The notes beneath the pieces were generated by a model, which was not told where the DNA came from, did not search any database, and saw only the letters and a program-made list of their open reading frames with translations. Shown piece by piece: positions 9,224 to 24,559 of a stretch of DNA of 64,000 nucleotides. Position 1 is the stretch's first letter. Each line of letters starts with the position of its first letter. The translations under genes were made by a program, and so were the position numbers. The stretch comes from a bacterium (GTDB taxonomy: Bacteria; Hinthialibacterota; Hinthialibacteria; Hinthialibacterales; Hinthialibacteraceae): the NCBI GenBank assembly GCA_963662285.2, contig CAXXMV010000001.1:64001-128000 (forward strand). The letters are read 5' to 3'.

Positions 9224-10303
9224 TTAACGTTGACGTCGTTCTACGGCGGCCATTCGGTATCTGAACTTTTGCTCGTCTGCTGTTTCGGACTCTTGGTCAG
9301 GCGTTGATTCGACTGTTGCTTTAGGAGAAGGTGATTCTTCTTTTGGGCGCCGTTGCGAAAAGAGTTCTTCCAAATGCTCAATTATGGAAGTTGTTTCATC
9401 TTCTTTTTTCTTCAGAACGGATTGTTCTTTTTTTACGACTACAAGTTCTTTCTCTCTTACATCTAATTGCATAGACTTGTCGCTCAACGATAATTCGTAA
9501 TTTATCTTTTTTTCACCCTCAGCGCTTTTTAAGAGAGATTTCATAGTTTCAATATTAGTACGCAAATCGTGGGTCTCTTCCTGCAGTACTCCTTCACGCT
9601 GGGCGACCAGATAACGATGCGTGCTCAGAATACTTTTTTTATCACGTTGCAAATCCACTCGTATAGAACTGGATTCATGCGTATCTGATTCCAAACCACG
9701 GCTTAACCGGACATATTTATGCTTCATCCCGGCCAGATCTTGAGCAATCCGGGCGGCTTCTTCACGTTTACCCATTTTTTGCAGGTTGAGCAGTTCACCC
9801 ATTTTATTTTCGAAGGCGTCAAGAATCGGTTCATTGGTTCGAACCAGTTTCATACGGTCATCAATGGTTTTGAGTGAACCAAGTTGAAAATTTACTTGTC
9901 GACCAAGACGAATAAGATTGGGTTCAATACGTTGGATTTCACTTACAGGGATTAATTTTTTATCTCGATATTGATGAAGAGTGTTATGCGCCAGGATGAA
10001 GAGGACTTTTATTTCCTGCTCTAATATGCGGCGGTCTCCCCGCAGAGCATTATGAATAGATTGTTTGAGGTTTTCATTTTCATTTTCGGAAGGTTGTAGA
10101 TAAGCTTCAGCTTCGTCTGCTGTCATCCAAGTGACTACGCCATTGTCAACAACTCGCACAAGTTCATTAGGATTAGTCCGGTTTTGTTGGAAAGTATCAG
10201 TGACGACTTTTTCCAAAAAACCTTCTAACTTAGATAGAGATATATCTTCCGGATTTCCACCGAATATATCATCAAATGAAATAGTGACGCCATTGGTATC
10301 CAT
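9224..10303 (-). CDS. Hypothetical coiled-coil protein (paralogue of 10390..11517)
   Basis: 359-aa ORF with a GGAG RBS. It is E/K/L-rich and helical, with the N-terminal motif ISFDDIFG..LVRVVDNGVVTWMT. Confidence 0.8.
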   Translation of the reverse strand: MDTNGVTISFDDIFGGNPEDISLSKLEGFLEKVVTDTFQQNRTNPNELVRVVDNGVVTWMTADEAEAYLQPSENENENLKQSIHNALRGDRRILEQEIKVLFILAHNTLHQYRDKKLIPVSEIQRIEPNLIRLGRQVNFQLGSLKTIDDRMKLVRTNEPILDAFENKMGELLNLQKMGKREEAARIAQDLAGMKHKYVRLSRGLESDTHESSSIRVDLQRDKKSILSTHRYLVAQREGVLQEETHDLRTNIETMKSLLKSAEGEKKINYELSLSDKSMQLDVREKELVVVKKEQSVLKKKEDETTSIIEHLEELFSQRRPKEESPSPKATVESTPDQESETADEQKFRYRMAAVERRQR

Positions 10304-10389
10304 ACCGGCTCCAATGATCTCCTGTATTTATATGGTTTTCAAGACGAAAATGAAACTCAAGGTGTGGAATCTAAACTGTTTACCCTATT

Positions 10390-11517
10390 TTATCGTTTAC
10401 GAACATGCATTCCGATAGACTTTTTCTTTTCTATAGCTGCATTTGCTGAGCCAGCTTGTTTGGGTTTGGCTTTCATTGATTCTTTCTGCAACTGCGCTTG
10501 AACATTCATTTTTGAATCAGTTTCGCCAAGCACCTGTTCAGAAATCGTTTCAATTACTGCATCGACGCTGGCTACTTGATGGTCAATAATCGCGCTTTCA
10601 TGTTTAAGAGTTTCTAACTCTGTTTCTCTTTCATTAATAACCTGTTTTACTTCTTTAACTTTCTCTTCATCATAGAGATCCTGGCGGTCTATCAATGCGG
10701 CAGCCGTACCCTGCCCGGCGAATTCGGCTTCTTTAGTCTGAGATTGTACTAAATTGATGCTGTTTTTTAAATCATTCAGTTCTAACACCAGCGAATCCTT
10801 GCGGGTTGAGCATAGTTCATTCTGGGTGTTTAGAAGCCGTTTTTTGGTTTTCTGAAGACTTAAGCGATGGTAATAGATGGTTTTTACATCTGGTTCGATA
10901 GATCTTGTTATGAGGATGTAACTTTTCTTCTTGACAGCAAGAACTTTGGCTATTTCAGTAGCAGCTTCCATATTCCCGGTGGATTTTACTTTTAACAACT
11001 GCCCCATCAATTCTTCAAATTCTTGAATCACCGGATTGCGACGTCTTTTGTCATTGACAATGGCTTCGCTCTCCGATGTCTGATTGACGCCCTCTTGAAT
11101 CTCATATTGCCGTCGTTGCAAGCCCGGTTCAATGCGTTTGATTTCATCGGGAGGAATTGCATCGTTCTCTTTGAATTTTTCGAGGGTGTAGTGGCCTAAA
11201 GCTAAAAGGATTTCTAATTCCTGCCGTATATTTTTTAATTCACCTTTTAATGCCGCTTCAATGTCTTTCCGTAAATTTGATTTACTGCCGCTTTCCTGTA
11301 GATACTCAGACGCCTGTTCCTGGGTCATCCAGGTTACTCTTCCATTATGTACAACACGCACCAAGGCAGTTGGACTGACTTTCGCTTGTTCAGAAGCAAT
11401 GTCAACTATTTTATTCAAGAACGCTTCTACGCGTTCCATAGATAAGGCGCCATTGCTCGATCCGCAAAGATCCTCAAATGATATGCCTGCACAGTTTTGT
11501 AAATTGAATTCACTCAT
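10390..11517 (-). CDS. Hypothetical coiled-coil protein (paralogue of 9224..10303)
   Basis: 375-aa ORF with the motif ISFEDLCG..LVRVVHNGRVTWMT and a long heptad-rich region. Confidence 0.8.
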   Translation of the reverse strand: MSEFNLQNCAGISFEDLCGSSNGALSMERVEAFLNKIVDIASEQAKVSPTALVRVVHNGRVTWMTQEQASEYLQESGSKSNLRKDIEAALKGELKNIRQELEILLALGHYTLEKFKENDAIPPDEIKRIEPGLQRRQYEIQEGVNQTSESEAIVNDKRRRNPVIQEFEELMGQLLKVKSTGNMEAATEIAKVLAVKKKSYILITRSIEPDVKTIYYHRLSLQKTKKRLLNTQNELCSTRKDSLVLELNDLKNSINLVQSQTKEAEFAGQGTAAALIDRQDLYDEEKVKEVKQVINERETELETLKHESAIIDHQVASVDAVIETISEQVLGETDSKMNVQAQLQKESMKAKPKQAGSANAAIEKKKSIGMHVRKR

Positions 11518-11853
11518 AAGTTAGAGTACATCCACAATTTATCTACTTTATATAATAATCAATTATATAATATTTATGAACTTAAGTTAAGTACTTTTTT
11601 ATTGTTTCTGCGTGTTCATCAATATATATTATAATGTGGATCATTGGGTGATCTTGATGACGCTAGTTCCTGAAAAACCAGATTTTAAACATATAATCAA
11701 GAGCCGTCAATTTGCGAACAAAAAAAATTAGAACGGATAATCAGTAGAACTCTTACAAATGATATGCGATAATCTATATATAAACAAGCATTGAATCAAT
11801 ATATTTCTTTTAGGATTCTTGATGTCAATCGATCCTTATTTTAAAGGTATTAT

Positions 11854-11881
11854 TAGACAAATTGATATAATCCCCTATAAT
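11854..11881 (+). promoter_or_regulatory. Possible sigma70-type promoter for the ABC ATPase gene
   Basis: TAGACA-16 nt-TATAAT in the AT-rich divergent intergenic region. Confidence 0.3.
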
Positions 11882-12011
11882 GTTTAAGGATGCGAAGTTC
11901 CATTAGAGCGATAATGGCCTTATAAAAACGTTGTAAAAGTAATATCTTAAGTTAATTCTACGGAAATTTGGAAGAATATCCTTTTTCCTTTTTGCCCAAA
12001 AAGAGTGAAAT

Positions 12012-12770
12012 ATGATTCGTATTGAGCACTTATCCAAAAATTATGGTAATATTAATGCATTAAGCGACTTATCTCTTAATATCTCTACTGGAGAATTTTT
12101 CGGATTTCTTGGCCCAAATGGAGCGGGAAAAACCACAACAATCAAGATTATTGCTGGATTGTTACAGCCATCATCCGGTCAAGTGGTGCTTAGCGGTGAT
12201 GGAACTGGTGAATATGATATTTCCCTTGAAGCAGAAAAAGCTAAAGCGCTGACTGGTTATATTCCTGACCGGCCTTATTTGTACGAAAAATTGACTGGAT
12301 ATGAATATGTTCATTTCGTGGGAGGATTATATAACGTCCCCCGCAAGGAGATTGATGAGCATATAAAAGAGTATTTCAAGTTATTCGACTTACTAGATGC
12401 GGCGCATTACTTGATTGAATCTTATTCTCATGGCATGCGCCAGAAAGCCGTAATGACTGGCGCATTAGTCCATAATCCTAAAGTCCTGGTGGTTGATGAA
12501 CCAATGGTGGGGCTTGATCCACGCAGCAGTCGGTTGGTGAAGGATTTACTGAAACGCAAAAGCCGGGAAGGCATGACCATTTTTCTCTCTACCCATACCC
12601 TGGATGTGGCTGAAGAACTATGCGACCGTATTGGAATCATCCAAAGAGGTCATCTGATTGCCCTGGGAACTATGGAAGAATTAAGAAGCTTGGCTAAAGA
12701 AGAGGTTTCCGACTTGCGTCTTGAATCAGTATTCCTTAAACTAACCGAAGAAGAGGTCGATATTATATAG
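12012..12770 (+). CDS. ABC transporter ATP-binding protein (ABC-2/CcmA type)
   Basis: Walker A GPNGAGKTT, signature YSHGMRQK, Walker B LVVDEP and H-loop STH. Confidence 0.95.
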   Translation: MIRIEHLSKNYGNINALSDLSLNISTGEFFGFLGPNGAGKTTTIKIIAGLLQPSSGQVVLSGDGTGEYDISLEAEKAKALTGYIPDRPYLYEKLTGYEYVHFVGGLYNVPRKEIDEHIKEYFKLFDLLDAAHYLIESYSHGMRQKAVMTGALVHNPKVLVVDEPMVGLDPRSSRLVKDLLKRKSREGMTIFLSTHTLDVAEELCDRIGIIQRGHLIALGTMEELRSLAKEEVSDLRLESVFLKLTEEEVDII

Positions 12771-12893
12771 TATCTATCTCAATAATTGGCTTATATTTAT
12801 TTTATGTTTATAATGCTTTTGGATAAGCATTTGAGTTTTTTGTAATAATATTTCGCGGTTGATAACGATTAAATTTCACAACCGCTCTAAGAC

Positions 12894-13460
12894 ATGCGAC
12901 CTATGGCTACAATACGACCTGATCAACCAACCGATACTATCAAGTTTATCTCTTCACGTTTTGGAGAGATAGAACTGCCTGATTCGGAAATCCTGACCAT
13001 GCCGGAAGGTTTGTTAGGTTTCAATCATTTGAAACGGTACGCCATTTTAAAGGATCCGGATGAAGAGCCGTTTATCTGGCTGCAATCCATTGATGAAGCA
13101 GATCTATCGTTTGTGGTTGTCGATCCTTTCATTTTTTTTCCGGGATATGAAATTCAAGTAAAAACCAATGAACTAAGTTCCATTATGTTGGATGACTTGG
13201 ATAAAGCTACGGTGTTGGGCATTGTTACCGTTCCGGAAGATCCCATGAATTTGACTGCAAATCTTCGTGGTCCATTAGTAGTGAATACCGAATGCAAACT
13301 AGCTAAACAGTTTGTTTTAATTGATGATAGATATCACACTAAGCATTTTCTTTTGAAAGATATTCCACCCTATTTGGCCGTTCCACCTGATACGCAAAGA
13401 CGTACGATAGGCGCATCGAGTCAAAAGGGGAGTGGGAAACAACATGAACCATTGGCTTGA
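12894..13460 (+). CDS. fliW: Flagellar assembly factor FliW (CsrA antagonist)
   Basis: SSRFGEIE, PEGLLGF, PFIWLQS, FVVVDPF and TANLRGPLVVN motifs; lies immediately upstream of csrA. Confidence 0.93.
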   Translation: MRPMATIRPDQPTDTIKFISSRFGEIELPDSEILTMPEGLLGFNHLKRYAILKDPDEEPFIWLQSIDEADLSFVVVDPFIFFPGYEIQVKTNELSSIMLDDLDKATVLGIVTVPEDPMNLTANLRGPLVVNTECKLAKQFVLIDDRYHTKHFLLKDIPPYLAVPPDTQRRTIGASSQKGSGKQHEPLA

Positions 13461-13520
13461 ATAGCCTCTGGTTGTGAAGCGCATACATAGTCCAATAGAC
13501 TTTGGGCATTGGAGGCCCGC

Positions 13521-13778
13521 ATGCTGGTTTTAAGCCGGAAGCGCGATGAAAGCATCATCATCGGAGATGATGTTGTTATTACGATAGTGGATATTAAAGG
13601 GGAGCAGGTGAAAATCGGCGTCGCCGCACCCAAGACTGTATCTATTCATCGTAAGGAAATTTATGAAGCCATCCAACAGGAAAACCGGGCGGCGGCGAAT
13701 ACTAAAATTCAAAACCTGAGCGGCCTGGTTACTGTTCTGAGAAAGCAAAAAAATCCCGCTGCCGAGTCAACTGACTGA
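13521..13778 (+). CDS. csrA: Carbon storage regulator CsrA
   Basis: MLVLSRKRDESIIIGDDV...VKIGVAAPKTVSIHRKEIYEAIQQEN. The ATG at 13521 is preceded by GGAGG. Confidence 0.97.
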   Translation: MLVLSRKRDESIIIGDDVVITIVDIKGEQVKIGVAAPKTVSIHRKEIYEAIQQENRAAANTKIQNLSGLVTVLRKQKNPAAESTD

Positions 13779-13882
13779 ATTATTCATTCCTGATTATCCA
13801 ATTTTCCTTCGATCTTATCTAAATTTTAATGTTTATTAACTTTTTTTATTTGTATATAGGCAGAATAATGCAAATCACATTG

Positions 13883-14218
13883 TTATTGTGCGTGAATTGT
13901 TGAATGTTTTAATCGATTTATTGTTGATGAATTATTTTTTATTGAATAAACGTCAGAATTTCCCCCTACGATTGTTCTCTTTTTTGGTTGATATACTTGA
14001 TGAATTGGTTTTACTGGTGGAGATATCATTGAAACTGGTTTGATTGTTTTTAACTGCATTTTGGTTGCTGTACAGAATAAACGGAATAGCGCGTTTGATT
14101 CGGGGGAATCGGGATCGTAGCGTTTGTTTAAGTTATCAGAAATCTTCATGATGCAGTTAAAAAACGTGTCAATGATTTGCTCATCGAATCTGGCAATGGC
14201 TTCGGTTGTGATAGACAT
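13883..14218 (-). CDS. Hypothetical protein
   Basis: Part of the 172-aa ORF. The likely start is MSITTEAIARF at 14218, after an AGGAG RBS. No recognisable motif. Confidence 0.45.
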   Translation of the reverse strand: MSITTEAIARFDEQIIDTFFNCIMKISDNLNKRYDPDSPESNALFRLFCTATKMQLKTIKPVSMISPPVKPIHQVYQPKKRTIVGGNSDVYSIKNNSSTINRLKHSTIHAQ

Positions 14219-14452
14219 TTTAGTTCTCCTGAGTACTATTTTTATAAAACTCCAGTACGCAATATGGCAAGAAGCGTGCCAATTAGGGGACTTTTGTTCA
14301 GTTGGTGGGGATGAAGGCGCTTGTTTTTTGTCTGAATCTGGATGGTCAGGATAGAAGGATGGGTAGGATTTTGTTGTATCTGAAGTGTAACCGGTGCGCA
14401 AGATATTTTCTGCGCCCCGGTTGTTATCTCATTCGTTTTGCGGTTTATTCGG

Positions 14453-15323
14453 TTATTGTTGGGTTTGCTTTTCCATTTTTTCAATCGGCGGCAAGAGCCA
14501 GTTTTCTTTGTTGGCTTCCCACCATTTCAAACAATATTCGCTCATCTTGTCAGCAGCGACGCCCGCATCATCGGCGGATTTCTGTAAGGCGTCGTCTGTC
14601 CAGTAATTTATAGCGGCGATCAGGTCTGTGTCGCCTTCTCGGATTTTCTCGATGGCTAAAGGTAAAGCGAGTACGCCCAAGTCTAGAAATTGTTGATACG
14701 ATGTTCTTTTATGTGGACGTAATTTTTCTTTTTCGGCTCCTTCAGGCATTGCTTTCCAACTCTTCATAGCATTGCGGTAACCTTCAGGATCACCCTTGTA
14801 CTTTTTAGTATGATCATTAACAAAACCTGTCTTGAATTTTGATTCAGATATTTCCTGTTTCCAATCCGAGTATTTCTTTGTAAAACGTTCTTTTATTTTC
14901 GGTCTTCCACCATTCCAAATACTTTGTTGTGGCTGGAATAGAATCTACGAATATAAATATATCTCTAGGAGAAATTTTACATATTTTATTTACAGCCACT
15001 ATTAAGGCGCCACCAAAAAATCCCCTATTACCTTCAATTTTCTCGAAGATTAAAGGTAATGCAGGAATCCCTAATTCTACAATGGCATCAAATTCCTCAT
15101 AATTTTCAGCAAATGTGGAAAAAGCACTTGATGCGAATTCAGGATCATTACGCACGCGATGTTCCCATTTCTGGTAAAGTTCTTCAAAGATTGCTTCATT
15201 CTTTTCTGTTTCCATATCAGAAAATCCATTATGCGAAACAACCATGCAAAAACTGAATATAATCAACATAAAAACTGATATACTCATTTTTGATTTTTTG
15301 AATAACACTTTTATTTTGTTCAT
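14453..15323 (-). pseudogene. Secreted two-repeat helical protein, split by a frameshift near 14900 (ORFs 14844..15323 and 14453..14767)
   Basis: Both ORFs share the motif (I/F)(V/L)(E/D)LG(I/V)xALPLxxEKIxxG...YxxxWW. The downstream frame is open upstream of its ATG (GGRPKIKERFTKKYSDWKQE...) and overlaps the end of the first ORF. The first ORF has an AGGAG RBS and a signal peptide. Confidence 0.6.
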
Positions 15324-15365
15324 CGATACACTCCTTTTTCAGATATTTCCAAGTTGAGTATACCT

Positions 15366-15676
15366 CATAACCGGGGCGCAGTAGAAACGTTGCATCCCAG
15401 GCTCTTCGCCCTTGCCACCCATCCTTAAGTGATTTAAAACCCCCCTCTGACTCCCCCCAGGCTTGGGGGGAGAATTCTTCTTGATAGCGGTTATGCTTTA
15501 GACAAGGGGATATCCATGTGATTAGGTGGCTACGGTGGTGGGCTACGCTTCGCTTTTAGCCCACCCTACGCGTAGGTGAACTCAATCAAGGGCTGAGCGC
15601 AATGCGCTCTTGCCCTTGGCGCCCATGCGTAGGTGACTTGATCAAGGGCAGAAAAAACACTGCCCTTGGCGCCCAT
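15366..15676. repeat. Cluster of REP-like palindromes (several families)
   Basis: CTCCCCCCAGGCTTGGGGGGAG (within 15440-15476), GGTGGGCTACGCTTCGCTTTTAGCCCACCCTACG (within 15537-15574), and two ATCAAGGGC...GCCCTTGGCGCCCAT copies (15585-15626, 15641-15676). All recur elsewhere in the window. Confidence 0.8.
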
Positions 15677-15705
15677 GATTACGCAATCATACCTTAAATA
15701 AGCAA

Positions 15706-16746
15706 TTATCCCTCAAACAGTTTTTTGAAGTTTATGTCATAAGGCGGGCGGATGACTCCCTTTTCGGTTATGAAGGCGGTTACGTATTTATTAGGAGTTA
15801 CGTCGAAGGCCGGGTTGTATACATCTATACCGTCTGGAGCGGTTTGTTTGCCGAAACCGTGGGTTATTTCTTCGGGATCGCGTTCTTCTATGGGTATCTC
15901 ATCGCCGCTGGCCAGGGCCATGTCAATGGTCGAGGTGGGCAGCGCTACATAGAAGGGGATATTGTGCTCTTTGGCTAATATGGCTACGCCGTAGGTGCCG
16001 ATCTTGTTGGCTACGTCTCCATTGGAAGCGGTGCGGTCGGTGCCGACTATAACCGCCTGGACTTTACCCTTGGCCATCACTGATGCGGCCATATTGTCGC
16101 AGATCAAGGTGACGGGGATGCCCGCTTCTTGCAGTTCCCACGATGTCAGGCGGGCGCCTTGCAGCAGGGGGCGGGTTTCGTCGGCGTAGACGTGAATCTT
16201 CTTGCCGCGCTCATGAGCGATGAAAAACGGCGCTAAAGCGGTGCCGTAGCGGGTGGCGCATAGTCCACCGGCGTTGCAGTGGGTCAAGACGCCTTGTCCG
16301 TCTTGCAGCAGTTCATCGCCATATTCACCGATTTTGCGGCAAATAGCGGTATCTTCTTCAGCCATACGCTGCGCTTCAGCGAGAATGGCCTGTTTCAGTT
16401 CTGGGACGGGTAGTGAAGCGTTCTTCTTGATGAAGGTCTTCATCAAATCCAAAGCCCAGAACAGATTTACGGCGGTGGGACGCGAAGTAGCCAGATAATC
16501 AGTTGTCACTTCGACATCATTCCAAAAGGAGGTAAAATCTGCTGCTTGGGAATCTTTAATTCCCAGGTAGGTTCCGAATGCCGCAGCAATTCCGATGGCC
16601 GGAGCGCCGCGTATGCGCAGTATCTTTATCGCTTCCCACATCTCTTCTTTATTATGGATAACGCGGTATTCCGTTTTGGTTGGAAGCAATGTTTGATCGA
16701 TTATTTTGACCTGACCATCATCAACAGTTATAGTGTAAACAGACAT
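15706..16746 (-). CDS. mtnA: S-methyl-5-thioribose-1-phosphate isomerase
   Basis: IRGAPAIG, SRPTAVNLFWAL, LTHCNAGGL, ETRPLLQGARLT, NGDVANKIGTY and YNPAFDVTP motifs. Confidence 0.96.
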   Translation of the reverse strand: MSVYTITVDDGQVKIIDQTLLPTKTEYRVIHNKEEMWEAIKILRIRGAPAIGIAAAFGTYLGIKDSQAADFTSFWNDVEVTTDYLATSRPTAVNLFWALDLMKTFIKKNASLPVPELKQAILAEAQRMAEEDTAICRKIGEYGDELLQDGQGVLTHCNAGGLCATRYGTALAPFFIAHERGKKIHVYADETRPLLQGARLTSWELQEAGIPVTLICDNMAASVMAKGKVQAVIVGTDRTASNGDVANKIGTYGVAILAKEHNIPFYVALPTSTIDMALASGDEIPIEERDPEEITHGFGKQTAPDGIDVYNPAFDVTPNKYVTAFITEKGVIRPPYDINFKKLFEG

Positions 16747-16748
16747 TA

Positions 16749-17714
16749 TTGATACCTCGCTTTATAGATTCGATTGAGAAAGAGAAAATAGCATTGAATT
16801 CAGCTGAAGCCAACCTTACGGGCCAAATATCGGATGTATGGGGAACCCTATACTCCCGCAATGGCCTGACGCGTTTTATGAAATCTGAGGGATTTTTCAT
16901 GTCGCGCTCTCTCGGACAGAATTTCCTGATTAATAAAAAAGTTCTCAATTCTTTCCTGGAAAAGTCTGATTTTCCCACTGAGGGAACAGTTATCGAAATC
17001 GGTCCGGGCATCGGCAATCTTACCTGGCTTTTGTTAGAACGTGGATTGAAAGTCGTTGCGGTGGAAAAGGATAATATGTTCGCCGAACGAATGCCAAATT
17101 GGGTTAAACAGTGGGGATTCGATGAATCTCAACTTGATATTCTGCATCAGGACGCGCTCGAAACAGATTTTAAGGAGTTAGCGGAAACTCATGACGCCAA
17201 GCATGTCATCGGCAACCTGCCCTATAACGTCTCGGTTCCCATATTGTTTCATCTGGCGTATAGCGGTGCTAGGTTCGATTCAATCTGCGTAATGGTGCAA
17301 AGGGAAGTTGGCGATCGAATTCTTTCCGTGCAAGGCTGCAAGAGTTACGGGCGGCTTTCGGTGGTTTTGAAATATCTGTTCGATATCAAAAAGGTGATGA
17401 TCATCAATCCCGGCGCTTTTTATCCCCAGCCCAAGGTTGATTCGGTTTTTCTGAAATTCGTCCCCAGGGCTGATGCGGATGTGGGATTCGCCAAGGATTT
17501 TCTAGAGCGCGTCGCCCAAATCGGTTTTATGCACCGGCGTAAAAAAATCCGCAAAAACCTTAAGGGATGCATCGTACAGAAAAGGGTGTTCCAAGATGAA
17601 ATGATGGAAAAACTGGAGGCTGCTTTCGATCTGGATAGCCGCGCTGAAGATTGGCCGTTGAAAGACTGGATTCGCTTTGCTACTTTTATCCGCGATTGCG
17701 AGCCAGATCAATAG
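16749..17714 (+). CDS. rsmA: 16S rRNA m6,2A1518/1519 dimethyltransferase (true start probably downstream, e.g. TTG 16794)
   Basis: SLGQNFL, VIEIGPGIGNLT, IGNLPYNVS, MVQREV, YGRLSV and FYPQPKVDS motifs. Confidence 0.93.
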   Translation: MIPRFIDSIEKEKIALNSAEANLTGQISDVWGTLYSRNGLTRFMKSEGFFMSRSLGQNFLINKKVLNSFLEKSDFPTEGTVIEIGPGIGNLTWLLLERGLKVVAVEKDNMFAERMPNWVKQWGFDESQLDILHQDALETDFKELAETHDAKHVIGNLPYNVSVPILFHLAYSGARFDSICVMVQREVGDRILSVQGCKSYGRLSVVLKYLFDIKKVMIINPGAFYPQPKVDSVFLKFVPRADADVGFAKDFLERVAQIGFMHRRKKIRKNLKGCIVQKRVFQDEMMEKLEAAFDLDSRAEDWPLKDWIRFATFIRDCEPDQ

Positions 17715-17728
17715 TGAGATAGGAGTGG

Positions 17729-23533
<5,805 letters not shown>

Positions 23534-23545
23534 TAGCAGGAGCTT

Positions 23546-24397
23546 TTGAGAATGACGAAACGTGAGATAACTATAGGACACAGCCCGGACGCAGATGACG
23601 CCTTTATGTTTTATGCATTGGCCAATGATAAGATTGATCCGGGACCGTTTTCTTTCAAACATATATTATTGGATATTGAAACGCTGAATCATAAAGCTGC
23701 GGTGGGAGAGTTGGATATCACTGCAATTTCGGTTCATGCCTATTCTTATGTACATCACCGTTATGCGTTGTTGACTGCTGGCAGCAGTATGGGCGAGGAA
23801 TACGGCCCCATGGTGGTGGCCCGCGAACCGATGAGCATTGATGAGGTTAAAAAGAAGACTATCGCCGTTCCAGGCAAGATGACGTCCGCCTTTTTAGGGC
23901 TTAATCTGGCTATTGGCGAGTTTGATTATGACGTCACGCCCTTCGATCAGATTATCCCCGCTGTTGTTGATGGGCGGGTAGACGCCGGGCTGATTATCCA
24001 TGAAGGCCAGTTATTTTACGGCGACAAAGGATTGCATAAAATCCTTGACCTGGGTGAATGGTGGGCTAAAGAGAACGCCGGGCTTCCGCTGCCGCTAGGT
24101 TCTAATGCCATCCGCAAAGATTTAGGCGACGATTTGATTGCCGAGTTAGCGCCTTATATGAGAAAGACTATTGAATACAGCCTGACTCACCGTGAAGAAG
24201 CTCTGGCCTACGCCATGAAATTCAGCCGTGACCTGCCCACCGAAAAGGCGGATAAATTCGTGGGGATGTATGTCAATGATCTAACCTTACATCTGGGCGA
24301 CAACGGCAAAAAAGCCTACCAACTTTTCCTTGATAAAGGATACGACGCCGGTCTGATACCAAATAAGGTAGAGTTGGAATTTGTTGATTGTGGATAA
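23546..24397 (+). CDS. mqnD: 1,4-dihydroxy-6-naphthoate synthase (futalosine menaquinone pathway)
   Basis: GHSPDADDAFMFYAL, DIETLN, GLIIHEGQL, DLGEWW..LPLPLG and MYVN motifs. Confidence 0.9.
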   Translation: MRMTKREITIGHSPDADDAFMFYALANDKIDPGPFSFKHILLDIETLNHKAAVGELDITAISVHAYSYVHHRYALLTAGSSMGEEYGPMVVAREPMSIDEVKKKTIAVPGKMTSAFLGLNLAIGEFDYDVTPFDQIIPAVVDGRVDAGLIIHEGQLFYGDKGLHKILDLGEWWAKENAGLPLPLGSNAIRKDLGDDLIAELAPYMRKTIEYSLTHREEALAYAMKFSRDLPTEKADKFVGMYVNDLTLHLGDNGKKAYQLFLDKGYDAGLIPNKVELEFVDCG

Positions 24398-24434
24398 ATC
24401 AGGGGGAGTGGTTTGATGTCGGGAGTGGATTTTT

Positions 24435-24505
24435 GATGGGTCGGTGAAGCGCTGACCCATCCTACGCTTGGGTGGTTACACATCCTTCCCGTGGGGAGAG
24501 GGGAC
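24435..24505. repeat. REP-like palindromes between convergent genes
   Basis: GATGGGTC..GACCCATCCTACG (GTAG-type end) and CCTTCCCGTGGGGAGAGGGG. Confidence 0.6.
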
Positions 24506-24559
24506 GAGTGCGCATGATATATTGAGTTGGCCAGAATACCAGTATTCTGGAATACTCTT

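Noticed and set aside
15366-15676. Possible CRISPR array
   Set aside because: The repeats belong to different families, are not identical or regularly spaced, and no cas genes are present. They are REP-like.
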